Below are positions 36,153-48,858 of a stretch of DNA of 64,000 bases, one piece after another. The first letter of the stretch is position 1. Each line of letters opens with the position of its first letter. Below the pieces are notes generated by a model. It saw only the letters and a program-made list of their open reading frames with translations. It was not told where the DNA came from and ran no database searches. Origin of the DNA: Amoebophrya sp. A120 (Eukaryota > Protista > Dinoflagellata). Location: assembly GCA_905178155.1 (NCBI GenBank), contig CAJINV010000002.1:5994476-6058475 (forward strand), in the 5' to 3' direction. The position numbers were made by a program, and so were the translations under genes.

Positions 36153-37317
36153 TCACGCACTGTTCCCCCCTTCATCCATGGCTGCTTTTTCGTAAATTCC
36201 GCCACGAACCAGCTCGAAATTCTTTTTCCGTGCGGAGATGTGCGGTAGCTGGCCTGTGGGGGTTCCCTTCCGCAGCACCTTGCCGTCGTCATCCAGCAAC
36301 ACAAAACTCTTGAACTCTGGCGGCACCCAAACCAGCTTGAAGGCGACTCTGCTCTGAAACTGCACGTGCGCCACGTATGCCGTTCTCAGACGTTACATTC
36401 TCAACTCCTGTTCTTGCATGCATTTGTATATGCACAGATGGCAATAGAACCAAAAGTGAAAGAGGGAAGGTTGCGCCTTTTGCATTAGAGATTCGGAGCT
36501 GATTATAATGTTACCGAGCGCGACGTCGAGGACTTGTCACGCGAAGGATGTTGCTGCCAATTCAGTAGCATGAGAAATTCATGTAACTACAGTTGAGAAT
36601 GTAACGTCTGAGGGTCCCATACCACGTCCTCGGGACTTGGCAGGACGTGGCAGCCGTTGGTGCAGGTGGACCAACTCCCGCCCTCGCCTAACTCGGGGAT
36701 ACTCGCCTTCTGGATGTGCGGTCCGAGCTGGTTCTGCCTCGATATCGCTTTCACCAACCCGCTGGCGTTTTCCTCGTGCATCACGTTGCCGTATCCTGAG
36801 TAAAAACGTACCCGCGCCAGAGTTGTAATGCAGATTTGCAAAGACAGGAAGACTTGTGATGCGCATCCCCATGAGAGCCATTTCCAATTCGTGTTTTGGA
36901 ATTTGTGATGCTGTGAACAGTATGAGCTGATGGATTTCTGATGCAGCTGGCATTGCGTACTACACACAGACTGCAACTTGTCATGCGTGACTCACAAAAT
37001 TTCTAGGTTTGTGTTGCAAAATCTCCATCTTGACTCTGGTGTGGGGATGTTTTTCCTCACAATATGCCGAGCATGGTCGTTAGGTCGCAGTGGTTATCGT
37101 CGTTGAAAGCGTGGCTGGTCTCGTACAGCTCTGACTTTAACCCCCCCGCGAGGAGCAGTGCTTTCCGCGTAACGGAAGCCCAGTCGGCATCCAGTTGCGT
37201 CTGCTCGAGGTTGGCCACCCGCTCTAGCACGGACGCCAAGCGCTGGCAGGCGGTACCCGGAAACTTGGCGTCGATGATCCGCCCGGCAACTTCCCGGTGG
37301 GGAAAGGGGTACTTCAT
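36153..37317 (-). CDS. Hypothetical globular protein (3 exons, 2 introners)
   Basis: Spliced frame is continuous: HAFNDDNHCDLTTMLGNV...GGSWSTCTNGC...DVAHVQFQSRVAFKLVWVPP. Function not recognised. Confidence 0.75.
36376..36621. mobile_element. Introner, family C, inverted relative to 10753/41082
   Basis: TIR tatg.....ctcagacgttacattctcaact. Perfect TSD ccacg. Removing 251 nt restores the frame. Confidence 0.9.
36792..37064. mobile_element. Introner
   Basis: TIR tat..tgag.aaaaac.t.ccc.c.ccagagt. Perfect TSD tgccg. Removing 278 nt restores the frame. Confidence 0.9.
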
Positions 37318-38262
37318 TTCTTCTGGATGTAAGTTTTATCTTTTACGATGATGTCCTCGACGTCGTGTGAAAATCAGATACAAATGCAGAATGATCGAAG
37401 AAAAGGACAAAATTATGTTCAGTGTGATACTTCAAATGCAATCGTCAAACCAAGAGTCCTCGTCTGAACAAGCAATACTACATCAGAGATGGGTACACAT
37501 ATAGGAACCTAAACCAGAGAAATGGATCGGGGGAAGGTAGGTAGGTTGTGTTCTTGAGAGGCGAAAGTGCTGATAGACCTGAACTAGCATCTTTTGATGT
37601 AGCAATCAATGGACTCATTCTTGTTTCACTACGACGGCGTGTGTCGAGAGCATCAAAAATTTCACCAGTCACCGGGCGCTTATTGAAGATTCAAACATCA
37701 TCATACCAGCAAAAATTGTTAGGGTAAAAGGGGTGCTCCTAGCAGTACCAGGCCGCCACAACTACGTCAATTATGTGTGGATAATCATGTTGAGCGCCAT
37801 TCTCACGCAGGATGAGCTACGGCGCAGGCAGTCTGTGCAACTATGCCCTTTGGTGCAGGAGCTTTCGCTCATGTTAACATGGTGTTGGTCAGAAGATTTC
37901 ATCTAAAATGGAAGATTTCATCTAAAAGTCAATTTTTCAGCGAAGTTATCGCTATGGATAACTCACTTATGTATCTACTAGAAAACCACCTCGATCGTTG
38001 ATTTTTATATCACCAAGAGCACTTGGGTATGTGCTAATCATCATGATCATTCATCCTGCACTAGGGGGGGACGTGCGGAGGGGTTGGGGTTCGAGTTCGT
38101 TTCAAGCTGCATCTCGGAAATTTATCACTGCAGGTGCTGCTGCTGCTCGGTCGCTTTTTTTATTTGTACGCGCTAGCCATGATCTTGATGGGACCAAACA
38201 GTAAACGCTAGATTGGTACTAATACCTATGCTTTAACATGCAAAACTCGTCGCACGACTTTT

Positions 38263-41200
38263 TCAATCGCCATCCAAAAAACCTACGAGCTCCGCCCCGA
38301 GGTCCGCCTCTATGACCTGCCTCACCGTCGCCAGCAGCGCGAACAGACGTTGCTCCGGACTACGAAAAAAGTGATCGTAGAGGTAGGCGCCGAGCTTCTT
38401 CCGCTTTTCTATTTCGTCTTCCGGCATCTGAAAGAGTCTTCGTAAGGTTTTCCGTTCCACAAAGTCTTGCAGAAACCGCCGGGCTCGCTGTCTCCCGGCT
38501 ATTGTGTTGGTGTCGTTGAAAAAGGAAAATGAAGCTGGTTCTTGTTCCTCATGCGCCGGAGCCAGTAGTCCATCTTTCGATGCTAATCCGTATGAACTGC
38601 AAAAGTATCGTACTCGTATAAATGCATATACAAACTTCCTCAGCATGAGAAATACAATTTGTAATGCTAATTTACCTTAAGAAAAGGATTTGTAATGCAA
38701 GACTTGCATTTATACGAGTACGATACTTTTGCACAGGATAATCCGCTGTTGAGGACAATGTGCTGTTTATGCAAAACCGTGGCAGCATCATCCCGAATCC
38801 CTCCCGATTTCGCAAGATCAAACCGACTGTCGTAGTACTGTTTTAGATTCTCCGCCACCTTTCCCCACAGTTCCGCCTTTCTGCTCGCATTTTGCGTGTG
38901 TTCCAGCAGATCCAATAACGGCTGGGCGACGGGCGCAAGACCGCGATGTTGAACGACAGTCGTTGATGCTGGTGAAGGTCTGCCGTCGTTGATGAGGGGC
39001 GGCTCTTGTGCGGAAGAAGTAGTGGCGCCAACCTGCTCACCGTGGTCATCCACAGTACCAGGAATAGTAGTACTTCTTTCCCACTTTTTCCGCTCGAACT
39101 CGGCCCGGGAGATTTTTCGTAATATTTCCTTTTCCAAAACCATCGTACTGTAGGGGTTTCTGAACGCCCGCTCGGGGATTTTCACGACCACCGACTCCCA
39201 GAGACCCTTGGGCAGAAAGCCTTCGTACGCGTAAGAAAACCCGTCCGCAATAACCACCTATAAACAGTAAATGATTTTCCGCACACGTACAACTAGAACT
39301 ACAACTACATGTATATATGCGGCTTCTGCATGACAAAACTTTTCGGCACTCCTATTCACCAAGACAAGCGACAGCCTCCAACTTGGCGAATGGTTGTGAT
39401 GCATCTTATTATCGGTGTTCCGGAATATCTGTATTGCATACCACCGGCACCGCACCCACAGCGAGGGCTAGGTAGAACCGGTGGGTCCACCGGCCGTCGC
39501 CGCGGGGAATGAGCATGAAGGTGGTGTTTTTCATCTGGGTCAGATACCATATGACTTGCTCAAACGTTACAATCTCAGACGTTACAATAGAATCTGGAAT
39601 TTGTGTTGCATTATGAGCATGACAGATTCGCACAGCGTTCCACCTTTTGCAATACAAATTTCGCCAGATTGTCGTGGGGTTTGGGGCTCCGGAACTTGTC
39701 ATGCGCAATCCTATGGGACTTGGCTAGATCATGCACTCCACCTGCATCACAGATTTCCATATTCTATTGTAACGTTTGAGATTGTAACACCTGAGCGGGT
39801 TATATACCAATCCTGCCGCTTCTGGATCAGAAATTTCGAGACGACAGGAACATCAGTTATCAAAGAAAAAAAGTTCGTCACGATCACTCATGCGCATTCT
39901 TGCAATACAAAATTGTTTTTCATGCGTAAAAATGCATCACAGCCAAACTTTATTAGGGATTTCCCTAGTGTTTCTGCAACACAAGGAAAGTTTGTGATGC
40001 TGAGAAAATTTGTAATGCAAAACCTGCAAGTTAGTGACTGTGACAAACTTTTTTCTCTCCATATCGGTTCCGGGCTTTTTAATCGCTGCTTTATTCTTGT
40101 TTTTCAACCTTTCATCTACTTCGGCAACAACTGACGTTGCGGGTTCCGCTTTCGCTTCTAAAACTTCTTCCCACGCCTGAATGGTGTTCGCCAGTGGTTT
40201 CACGTAGTCCGAGGGGCAGGAGAGCATGCTCTCGGCGAAGACCGCGTATTTGTCAATGAAGCTTTTTGTTCTGCTCACGGCGTTTTTATGGTTCAGTCCG
40301 GGGGCCGCGAGGGTAGAGGACGAACTGTAGGCGACCAGGAGGTCTTTCCGGTAAAACGAGTACATGGCCACAGGCAGGAGGTTCAGCCGCACCTCGGACG
40401 TCTGTGGAAACCCCCAGCCAAGGCGACACATCCCGAGCCAGGAAATCTTGTACCGGTTATAATTTCTGGATGATGATAGTACATTTTTCGACGGTTCTTC
40501 TTCTTGTGTGGTCCTCCCTGGAGAAGTTGCTGGTGCTGAGGGCGGTGATCTTTTTAGCGATCTTGGTACTTCTCCAGCCCCTGTTGCTTCCTCATTCATC
40601 TGTGCAGCTGCGCTTTCGTCATCGTCGTCCTTTTGGTTCATTATTGCAACCGCTCTCGCACCACTCAGCCTGACTCCTTTCCGCGGCTTCTCCACAGTGT
40701 CGTCCTGGAAGTAGCACCAGTCCTCGCACTGCGGCGGTTCGGTGATGACGTAGAGGCGGTAGCGATCGGGGTGACCAAGGAGAAAGAGATTCTTGTTCGG
40801 GCTCTTTTGGTGCTGCGCTGTGCCCGGAGATATCGTCCCTGGTGAAGAAGCAGGTCCATATGCTGTAGATGATGAGGAAGATGAGTCGAAAAAATTATAT
40901 CCCGGCTTCGCATCCGCCAGTAAATTGTCGTACTGATTATGGCCAAACGCGTCCTGGTCGCGAAAGATGACACGAACGCGGAGACTAGGTGGACCAGTAC
41001 TGCCTTCTGATTTATTTGTGGTTTCTTCTTGTTCTGCAAGCAAATGACTATCTGCTCCAAAAGTTTCTGTGTCCAGTGCTTTATGGCGTTCTCAAATGTT
41101 ACATTCTCAGCTGTTACATGATTTGTCATGCAGAATGACCATGAGCCACCAGACGATCAAGCTGCTTCGCATGACAAGTTCTCGAATGGCTACACAGCGT

Positions 41201-42849
41201 CTAAATCTGTACCAAATCTGTCATGCAAGACGCGCAAGCTCCCGCCTTTCATTTTTGCCATTCTTGCATCACAAATTCATGTAACACTTGAGAATGTAAC
41301 AGTTGAGAGCGCCATATGCTTCTAGCAACTGTTCGAAGGGTTTCGTCTCCAGCCCAGTGTAGTCGGTGAACCACTTTTGGACCAGAAGGAAAATATTCAT
41401 GTGAATCATATTGGTGCTCCTGTCTTCCAACTGTTGCCCCAGCACCAGCGCGGAGTTTATATGCGCTGTCCACTTCTTCCGCAGTGCCCGTATCTGCTCC
41501 ACGAGTTGTCTCAGAGCAGCGGGGGAGTCGATCTTCTCTTGAACGGCCGCGAGGTGGACAAAATTCATCTTTTTCCGTACTCCTGCAAGACCGTGGTCTT
41601 TAATATTACGATGGTTTTTCTCCTCTACTTTCCTTATCTTTTCTGTTCGCTGCAAGAGCTTCGCCGGCCCAAGCGCGGTGGCAATGTCTTCTACGACGGA
41701 AAAGTCTGGAACATTATCAGGACCTTCAGTCCGATCACTACGAGTACGATCTGCATCTAGATCTGCTTGCTCACGATCATCATTATTTCCAAAATTCAAC
41801 TCTATCCTATGCTCGGGAAACACGGCGTGCCACGCGGATGTGAGAAGCTTGAACTCTTTCTCCGATACATCCGGTCCGTCCCTGATCTCGCGCGAGTAGT
41901 ACCGGTTATACCCCAGTGCCTCAAGAAAAGTCGTGATTGGCGTGGTGTTTGCAGCTTGTGCGGAGGTAGTTGAAGAAGATGATTTGTCGTGTGTAGTTGT
42001 AGAACCAGCTGTCCCTGCAGTGGGAGAAGTTGAAGTGCTCCCGCGCGACGTTTTTCTATTTTTCCTAGTACTCCGCCAAAACAAGGAGACCGTGGACGCA
42101 GAGAAGTGCGTTTGCTCCGTTTCGCGGAGCGTCGGACGGCGAAGAATTCGGGGCTGCGAAAATTTTTTCGACTGATTTTTGTCTCGATTTTGCCACTGGT
42201 CATCGTGGGGTTCCTGCGGTTTCGCTGTGTCGTAGTTGACCTGCCATGCCTTTGCTGTACTTCTGTCACCATCTTCGTTGGGAGTAGAAGAGTTGTTCGC
42301 ACGACCGTCGTGAAAATTTACTGTTTGTGCCTCGCCGTCGCTCCCCACCTCTACCGACGTTCTTGGTGATACTTGTTCGCGACCGCCCTGTGTCGACGTA
42401 TTGGTACTAGCTAGCCTTCCATAGTTTTCACCCCCTTTACCTTCTAGTTCATCTCCTTGCCGAAGGAGACATTGGTCAATCTCTTCTTCCCAGAACGGCT
42501 TGCGAAGTTGTTCATCTGCAACATCAGGGACGTCGGGCCGTTCCGCTGCCTTGCTGCTGCCACCTCTCGTGGTGCTGCTGTCGAGGTCCCAGTCCAGAGG
42601 CCTCGAAAAGTCCAACCCAGACCCGCAAAATCTATTCAAGACCACTGGCGCAGCCGAGGATAACGATAGTTCTTCCGCAGCGGCGAGAGTGACAAGGAAG
42701 TAGAGCAGGCGGAACATATTGCGAAGCACCCACCACGGAAATGATGATGAAACACAACGCCAAATACCAGGAGCAATAGCCATCCTGGCCTTGGCTTCCT
42801 TCACCTTGATGAACATAGTTTCGCGTACAAAATGCGATATGCGCTTCAT
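38263..42849 (-). CDS. Exostosin family (GT47) glycosyltransferase, 6 exons, 5 introners
   Basis: Spliced motif YLTQMKNTTFMLIPRGDGRWTHRFYLALAVGAVPVVIADG...W...VVKIPE. Signal-like MFRLLYFLVTLAAA near the N-terminus; true start may be downstream of 42849. Confidence 0.82.
38591..38740. mobile_element. Introner, family B
   Basis: TIR tat....tgcaaaagtatcgtactcgtataaatgca. Perfect TSD atccg. 155-nt removal. Confidence 0.92.
39259..39440. mobile_element. Introner with weak TIR; GT-AG compatible (intron 39258-39444)
   Basis: TAT..ATA ends. Perfect TSD ccacc. Removing 187 nt gives GAVPVVIADG. Confidence 0.8.
39550..39804. mobile_element. Introner, family A, inverted relative to 28265
   Basis: TIR tat.ac..gctca...gttacaatctca.acgttacaatagaat. 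Perfect TSD tacca. 260-nt removal. Confidence 0.92.
39858..40063. mobile_element. Introner
   Basis: TIR tat.....aaaaaagtt.gtcac..tcact. TSD tcagt/tcggt. 211-nt removal. Confidence 0.85.
41082..41316. mobile_element. Introner, family C
   Basis: TIR tatggcg.tctcaa.tgttacattctca..tgttacatga. Perfect TSD tgctt. 240-nt in-frame removal. Confidence 0.92.
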
Positions 42850-43503
42850 TTAAATTCTCACCGATACTTCGTTCGGTTCCGTGTCCGTGTCGCAAATCGA
42901 AGAGGTGCGAATGAAAAAATGGAACTAAACCCTTCGGCATGCGTCGATGCTAGGAATCAATTTCGTGATGCCTTCTTTTGATGAACCCCAAGCCTCACGA
43001 AGGTGAATGATCTTCTTTCTCAAACATATCTTCCAGATCGAAACAGCCCCCTCACAGCTGACCTTCCTGCGCTTCCACCTCATCCTCGCGATCCTAAACT
43101 ACTTGATCTTGATCCACGTCCGAGGCATTGATTTGCATGCGAAAGCGAAAGTGTCTTGATCCACGTCCAAAAGCGAAGACAATCTGGAGTGTCTAAAAAA
43201 TTTTGTTTCGGGTTTTTAGCACCTCCAATTTTGATGATCAGCGTCACTGAGCCGCTGTGTATTTTGATGTCGCGGCAGAATAAGTTGTTTGTGGTCTCGG
43301 GAAGCAAAAAAACGGAGACATTTACTACTCGGTCAAGGAGGGAGAAGTCTCCTGCCTTTGGTCATCAGCACACGAAAGCTAGTAAGTACCACAAACACGC
43401 GTCACGACTGGTTGTACTTATAATAATGGTCCTTCTGTAGACATACTAGATCTCTTCATCTCATTCTTGTTCCCCCCCTTCCGTCACACCACGCGGACCA
43501 TCT

Positions 43504-44469
43504 TCAATCCACATTCGCGTATACCACGGAGCTGCTTCGTTTGAATCCCGCTTGGATGCCGGCCCCCGCCTGCTTCCGCATCTTGTTTGCGTACACCCCA
43601 AACGCAATCGGGTTGGACATGCTCGGCGTTGGTGCCGTCGCTGCAATCTGGGGTGGCTTCTCGAAACCCTCGCTGAATCTGGCTGGAACCGCCGTCGGGT
43701 CGGACATGGAAGAGGATGGGAGCTGCGATGCTGCTGGCTTGTCGTCCGTGGTCGCAGCCACAGCCTGCCCGACCACCTCCGTACTACCCAGAACGGCCTG
43801 CTCCACTTTGAGCAATTCCTTGCCGATGGCGATTTTCTGTTCCGTCACACTTGCCGGCTTGTTGTTCTTTTCCTTCGTCTGCACGAACTTCTTTGCCCCG
43901 GGCAGCTCGCAAAAGACACAGCAGAACAACAGCGGGAGCCAGACCGGGAAGGTGGCCAAGGCGATCAACCCGCCGAAACCATAGAACACACCGTACATAG
44001 CCGATTCAAACGGAATCTCAAAGCAAGTGACAAATTGGATCACGACCGCGACCGCCATCCCGGGCAACAGGATCACGACGACCACCAACGTGAGAGCGAG
44101 GTGCGCGAGGCAGGCGACGCTCAGAAGATTGTCGTCCTCCGGTTTCCCGCCGCGCTTCTCCGCACTGCCGTGGACCGCGGGGTTCTTTTTGTTGCTGGGC
44201 GTTGTACTAGAGTCGTTGGTCTCGTCGTTTCCTATGCTGGCGAGGCTCGGATGTTCGACAACGTCCTGTTGTAGTGGCACGACGACCACAGCGGCCGCTC
44301 CATTATCTGCTGTCGCCGGATCAAGAACGGCAGGATCTGTAGCAGGATCGGTGCCTGTAGCTGGAACTGGCTCATCTGTAGCTGGATCTACTTCCGCAAC
44401 TTGTTTTTCCGTCGAAGAGATTTGCCCGACCTCGATTGTGGGGTCGTCGTCCAGTTTCTTCCGCAACAT
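43504..44469 (-). CDS. Hypothetical membrane protein (2 hydrophobic segments)
   Basis: 321-aa ATG ORF with LLSVACLAHLALTLVVVVILLPGMAVAVVI and GVFYGFGGLIALATFPVWLPLLFCC. Confidence 0.75.
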   Translation of the reverse strand: MLRKKLDDDPTIEVGQISSTEKQVAEVDPATDEPVPATGTDPATDPAVLDPATADNGAAAVVVVPLQQDVVEHPSLASIGNDETNDSSTTPSNKKNPAVHGSAEKRGGKPEDDNLLSVACLAHLALTLVVVVILLPGMAVAVVIQFVTCFEIPFESAMYGVFYGFGGLIALATFPVWLPLLFCCVFCELPGAKKFVQTKEKNNKPASVTEQKIAIGKELLKVEQAVLGSTEVVGQAVAATTDDKPAASQLPSSSMSDPTAVPARFSEGFEKPPQIAATAPTPSMSNPIAFGVYANKMRKQAGAGIQAGFKRSSSVVYANVD

Positions 44470-45758
44470 TTTGATTTATATTTTCAGAGGGCGATATACG
44501 TCGCAGTTATTGTTATGGGCATCTATCAAATTTACCGCCAATCGTGTAGCTTCAAAACTCATGAAATATGAGGTGCAGCTCTGTCTCTGCGACCAAACGC
44601 GTTCGTTGGTGTGATACCCTCTGACGAACGGAGAAACCAAGTGGCCTCGTCCAGAATCTTCAATTCTAGACATGCATGCATGCATTTTATTTATCACACA
44701 CAATGTAAAAAAGTAGTATGTTGACTGCTCGTGCTCTCCTCAGGCCATTTCTTATACAGCCGCTTCGCTCGTTTGTTCGGGTTGTTTTTGAAAACAACAC
44801 CTCTACAACTCTTGCTCATGAATGGTCCAGGTGGAACTACGCCACGGAAGAAAATACCACGGTAAGTACCCACGACGCGCACGAACTCAATGTGCATCAC
44901 GAATAAGGACGAACATTTTCAACCCATGGAGCGACGCACGTCCGAAGTGCCCTGGTCGGCGAATTCATCCGGAAGACGCACCCATTTCGTTTTGTCTAGA
45001 TTCAGACAAGTTGAGAACCTCGAAGACTTTTTTGCGCACCATGATCTTGCTGCATCCTACAACTTCAGCTTGGCTGACTGTGCTCTAAGTGCTGCTACAC
45101 CTCGTGCTCGTCCTCGTGCTCAGCGTGCGCGGCAAACCGCACGCCGGTGCTAGCACTACTTCTTCCGCTTATTTCGCTCGTTACCGCCCTAGTGCCCTGT
45201 TCCCCCTCTGGTCCGGCGCCTGGTGCAGCACTACCAGCGTCCGGTTGACGTTTCTCTGCTTTGGATCCGCTCGTCTGGTATAAATTGCAAAAGTATTGCA
45301 CCATCGCACTTCACTAGTTCTAGTTCTTCAGCTTCTTCTTCTCGCTCAGCTGAAGAATGAAATTGATTGCATACCCGACCACATCACGTCAAGAAATGGA
45401 ATTCGTCATGCCGATTTGAATTTACATTGGGAGGGAGGTTCGTGACGCATCTATGAGATTAGTACGTGCGCGACACTTTTGCGGTGCATATCTGGCTCTG
45501 CTCCCCAACGGCAGCTGTCGTCGAGTTCGTCTTCGCCAACGCGCCCAGAAGATCTCGAGTATCTTCCTATCCAATTCAAATCTACCGATCACGTCGCACG
45601 AAATACATGTAGTGAGCTAAAACTTTGTCAACACATACACAAAGCTGCATGAGACTTGTGATGTGTTGCGTTAGTGTAAGTGTTTGAGTTGCTGCATATA
45701 ACTGCGCCAAACTTCTATTTGCCATGCAATAGGAGCAATGCCATGTGTTTGTGTAGTA

Positions 45759-47343
45759 CTACGTGCTGGTCGTGTACGGCAACGGCAAATCTACTTTTTT
45801 TCCTGTTGATACGTGCGCTCCTGCTCGTCCAAAATTCTCCTTGTTCCCACCCGGGGCCGCAGGTTCGACCGTTGTCTGCTTGAGCAGTTGTGTTGGACTC
45901 AATCCGAGTGCCCGGGCGGTGGCGTTCTGCTGGTTCAATTTGACAGTACTTGTTTCGGAGCCCGGCTTATTAGTGGTCCTCCCGGTCGAAGTGAAAGACT
46001 GTGTGCTAGCACTGCCCTGGTGGAGGTGAAGGTGGTGTGCACCCTTGTGGTCGATCTGGATATTCATTGATTTTTGGGACATGGATCGCGTCATTGAGGA
46101 AAAAGCACAGAAAGGTAGAAGCTGAAGCTCCTCATCCACTTGTAGATCGATGGATTTTTATCGAAAGAACGGAATAGTTGTACTACTTCATAAAATAGAT
46201 TTCCAAAATTTCTAGTAGGTATCAGTACGTGCGCTCGCACGGCGGGGTCGAAGCAGATGGCGCAGCACATGCCGCCAACGAAGGTTAGCAGCGCCACAAA
46301 GGCTGCCAGCGCGACGATGACAGTGCCGTCAATCGGCGGTGAGCTGTAGTACCGAGTCCCGCGCGTGGAACTCCGAGAACTCCGCCGCAGGTGCCCGAGG
46401 CGGTCCTCCGTCGCCGGGTCTCTCCAGGAAAAAAACTGTGTGGGTGTAACTTTGTAGGAAGAGCAGCATCACAAATTCGTTTTGCATTACCGCAGGTAGT
46501 ACGTGAACATACGTATGGTAGTAGCCTATGACGCACATCCAGCATGACAAGTGTAACAATTTTGGATTTTCTGCATCACAGACTTACACTTACATAGTTT
46601 TATTCTTGCATAGGGTTCGCAGTGGAATTATTGGTTTGTTCATTCAGCAACAGGGTGTCTAGGTCATTCAGGACGTTGCCGTCCTCTTGAATGAAGGAGG
46701 TTTTCACGACGTTCACGTTGTTAGAGTCTTGAAGATTACTTCCGGCGACAGATGTTCGCACACTTTCTGTTGTTTTTTCTTCTCCTCGTAGATTTAGGTC
46801 GTCTTCATCTTGTTGCGCAACTCCAACTTGTTCAGAAAGTTGACCCTCATAATTTCCATTTTCGCTTTGGCTTTCAGACTTGTCCTGAAAGCCAATCTGC
46901 CGTGTCGACTCCTCACGTTGGAGCAACGCCGAGACACCTACTGGCTGGAGATCCTGTAGGAGGTTTTGTGCTGACGCGACGAAGGCGACCGCAAGGGAAG
47001 TCGTAACAAAAGACGTTCTGCAGCTTCTACTACTCAAGAACCTTGACAGGCCTTTTCTGGCAAAAGTTGTAGTGGTCGCGGACTTCGACCCGGAACTGCA
47101 TGTAGTTGACAGCGGTGTTCTTGATGCTTCTTTCTTATGACCGGACATAGAGGCGGATTTTTTGCCGGCACGCGATGGTGGACGAGATGACAGATATTCA
47201 CTTTTTGTTTTTCCGTTCTTTCCCTCCATCGTAGACGCGCGGCTGAGCATGCTGCTGGTGCCGCCCTCCGTGCTGAGCATGCTGCTGGTGGTCGTGCTGG
47301 TGCCGCCTTCCGATTCAAAAAGCTTCTTGCGCACTGGAACCAC
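45759..47343 (-). CDS. Hypothetical protein, multi-exon, 3' structure uncertain
   Basis: ORF 46600..47343 ends at a TAT terminus (46612). A downstream frame encodes a TM segment (VIVALAAFVALLTFVGGMCC). Junctions are unresolved. Confidence 0.45.
46447..46612. mobile_element. Probable degenerate introner
   Basis: Right end ..gcata, flanks gggtg/gggtt, three GCATNACA motifs. TIR is poor and the frame is ambiguous (adjacent A7 run). Not counted among the 26. Confidence 0.4.
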
Positions 47344-48858
47344 TGGGAGGAGGTCTTTTATTGAACAAGACGGAGAAGGTTTTTACACCGTGAAGGCACA
47401 TGGAGCTGCCGTTGAAGAAAACGTGGAATAGTGCTGGCCTTCGCGATTCTTCTCAACCGCACTGTACCAGTCGCGTGCGACGGATGCAACAGGAGCTGCC
47501 GGATCCTACATCAACATACAAGCAGACTTTTATCAATCTTGTTACAACTCGGTGAGAACTGTAAACAAAGATACGATGCCACGGAAGAAAAAATTCCCTA
47601 CTGTGACAGGTCGCCAGGGAAGATGCCACTGATACTGAAGATAGTTAGACATCGAATATAAGCATAATCCTAAACGAAAGCGCTTGCATAGTTTGTCCTC
47701 CAAATAAGCACAATCCTATCAATTACCCATTGTCCAGCAAAGACATAAAGACACACACGAATAGACACTCACTCACCTTCGAGTTCGAGTATGAATATGA
47801 TCTTCACGATATCGATGATGAAACTCTCTGATTTTGCAAGCGAGAACTAAAACGTAGTTTTTGTACATACGAAGAAACTGAAAACTTCTCTCGTTTCAAC
47901 GCACACTCTGCAAACCAAAACCCAGAGTCGCAGAGGAATGAGGACTTCCAACACAGCGGCAAATCTAGACGACGAGGACTCATCACGGTTTTCTGATTCG
48001 CTACTTCCCCTGATGAACGAACGAACAAAAGACAAGGAGTTGTCGTGACCCAAGTAGAAATATGTACAGCCGCAATTCAATTGCGCTGCTGCATTTTTTC
48101 TGGCAATTTTTCAGGAATCATAGCACCTGGAATTCAGGTCCTACATTTCTTCTACTTACAACAGTTGTTTAGTTTTTAGAAGCGGCTAAGCCGTGCGGTC
48201 CAGTTCTTGCCTTCCACCTATTCCGAGTTTTCGAGGAATACTAGAGTTTTCAAAATCAAAAAACTTGGAACCTCTACCTCTAAAAGAGACCACAACAGCG
48301 CTACTAGTAGCAGAAAACAACTTCCAGCACACTGCGCAGCTGCTCGTTTTATCTACCCCCAATCGCATCCTTCTATTGTAGTAAAGAAAAATACGACAAA
48401 ATCCTTCTTGCAGCTTCCGGCTTTGCTAGATCGCACAACTTTGCCAGATCGCACCATGATAGAGTCGGATCTTCTTCTTCCACCGTAACTTTTTCAGATA
48501 CAATGGTGACCCTCACTTGTTTTTACAGATCAGTTGTTCCGTCATCATACATACTTTCGAACTTAATGCAGTTCAGCCAAGTTGTCGTTCTTATACGTCA
48601 TTGTCATCTTCAAATGGGTAGTTATTTCAGCGTAATTGATGAAAACAAACGCTTCCACAAGTTTTTCTTCTCAGGTATAGCTGTATGAAATAGCACTGCT
48701 GATGCTCTACTTCTAGTTTTGACCGTGATTTCTTTTTCTCCCCTGGAAGGACAATGTACTTCGATACAGCGCGGGTACTAGAATCCCGGCCCAGCAGTGG
48801 CTCCTCACAACCAGCAAATGGCTCCTGCACCACAGCGAGCAGAAGCGATTTGATTCAC

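Noticed and set aside
37892-37927. Short tandem duplication of gaagatttcatctaaaa (19-nt period; a similar local duplication lies near 52644-52705)
   Set aside because: Ordinary local slippage duplication with no further structure.
39481-40134. Similar peptides in ORFs 28290..28613 and 39481..40134 (YDLL.RYNL.R.NR...) suggesting a small gene family
   Set aside because: They are translations of homologous family-A introner DNA, not genes.
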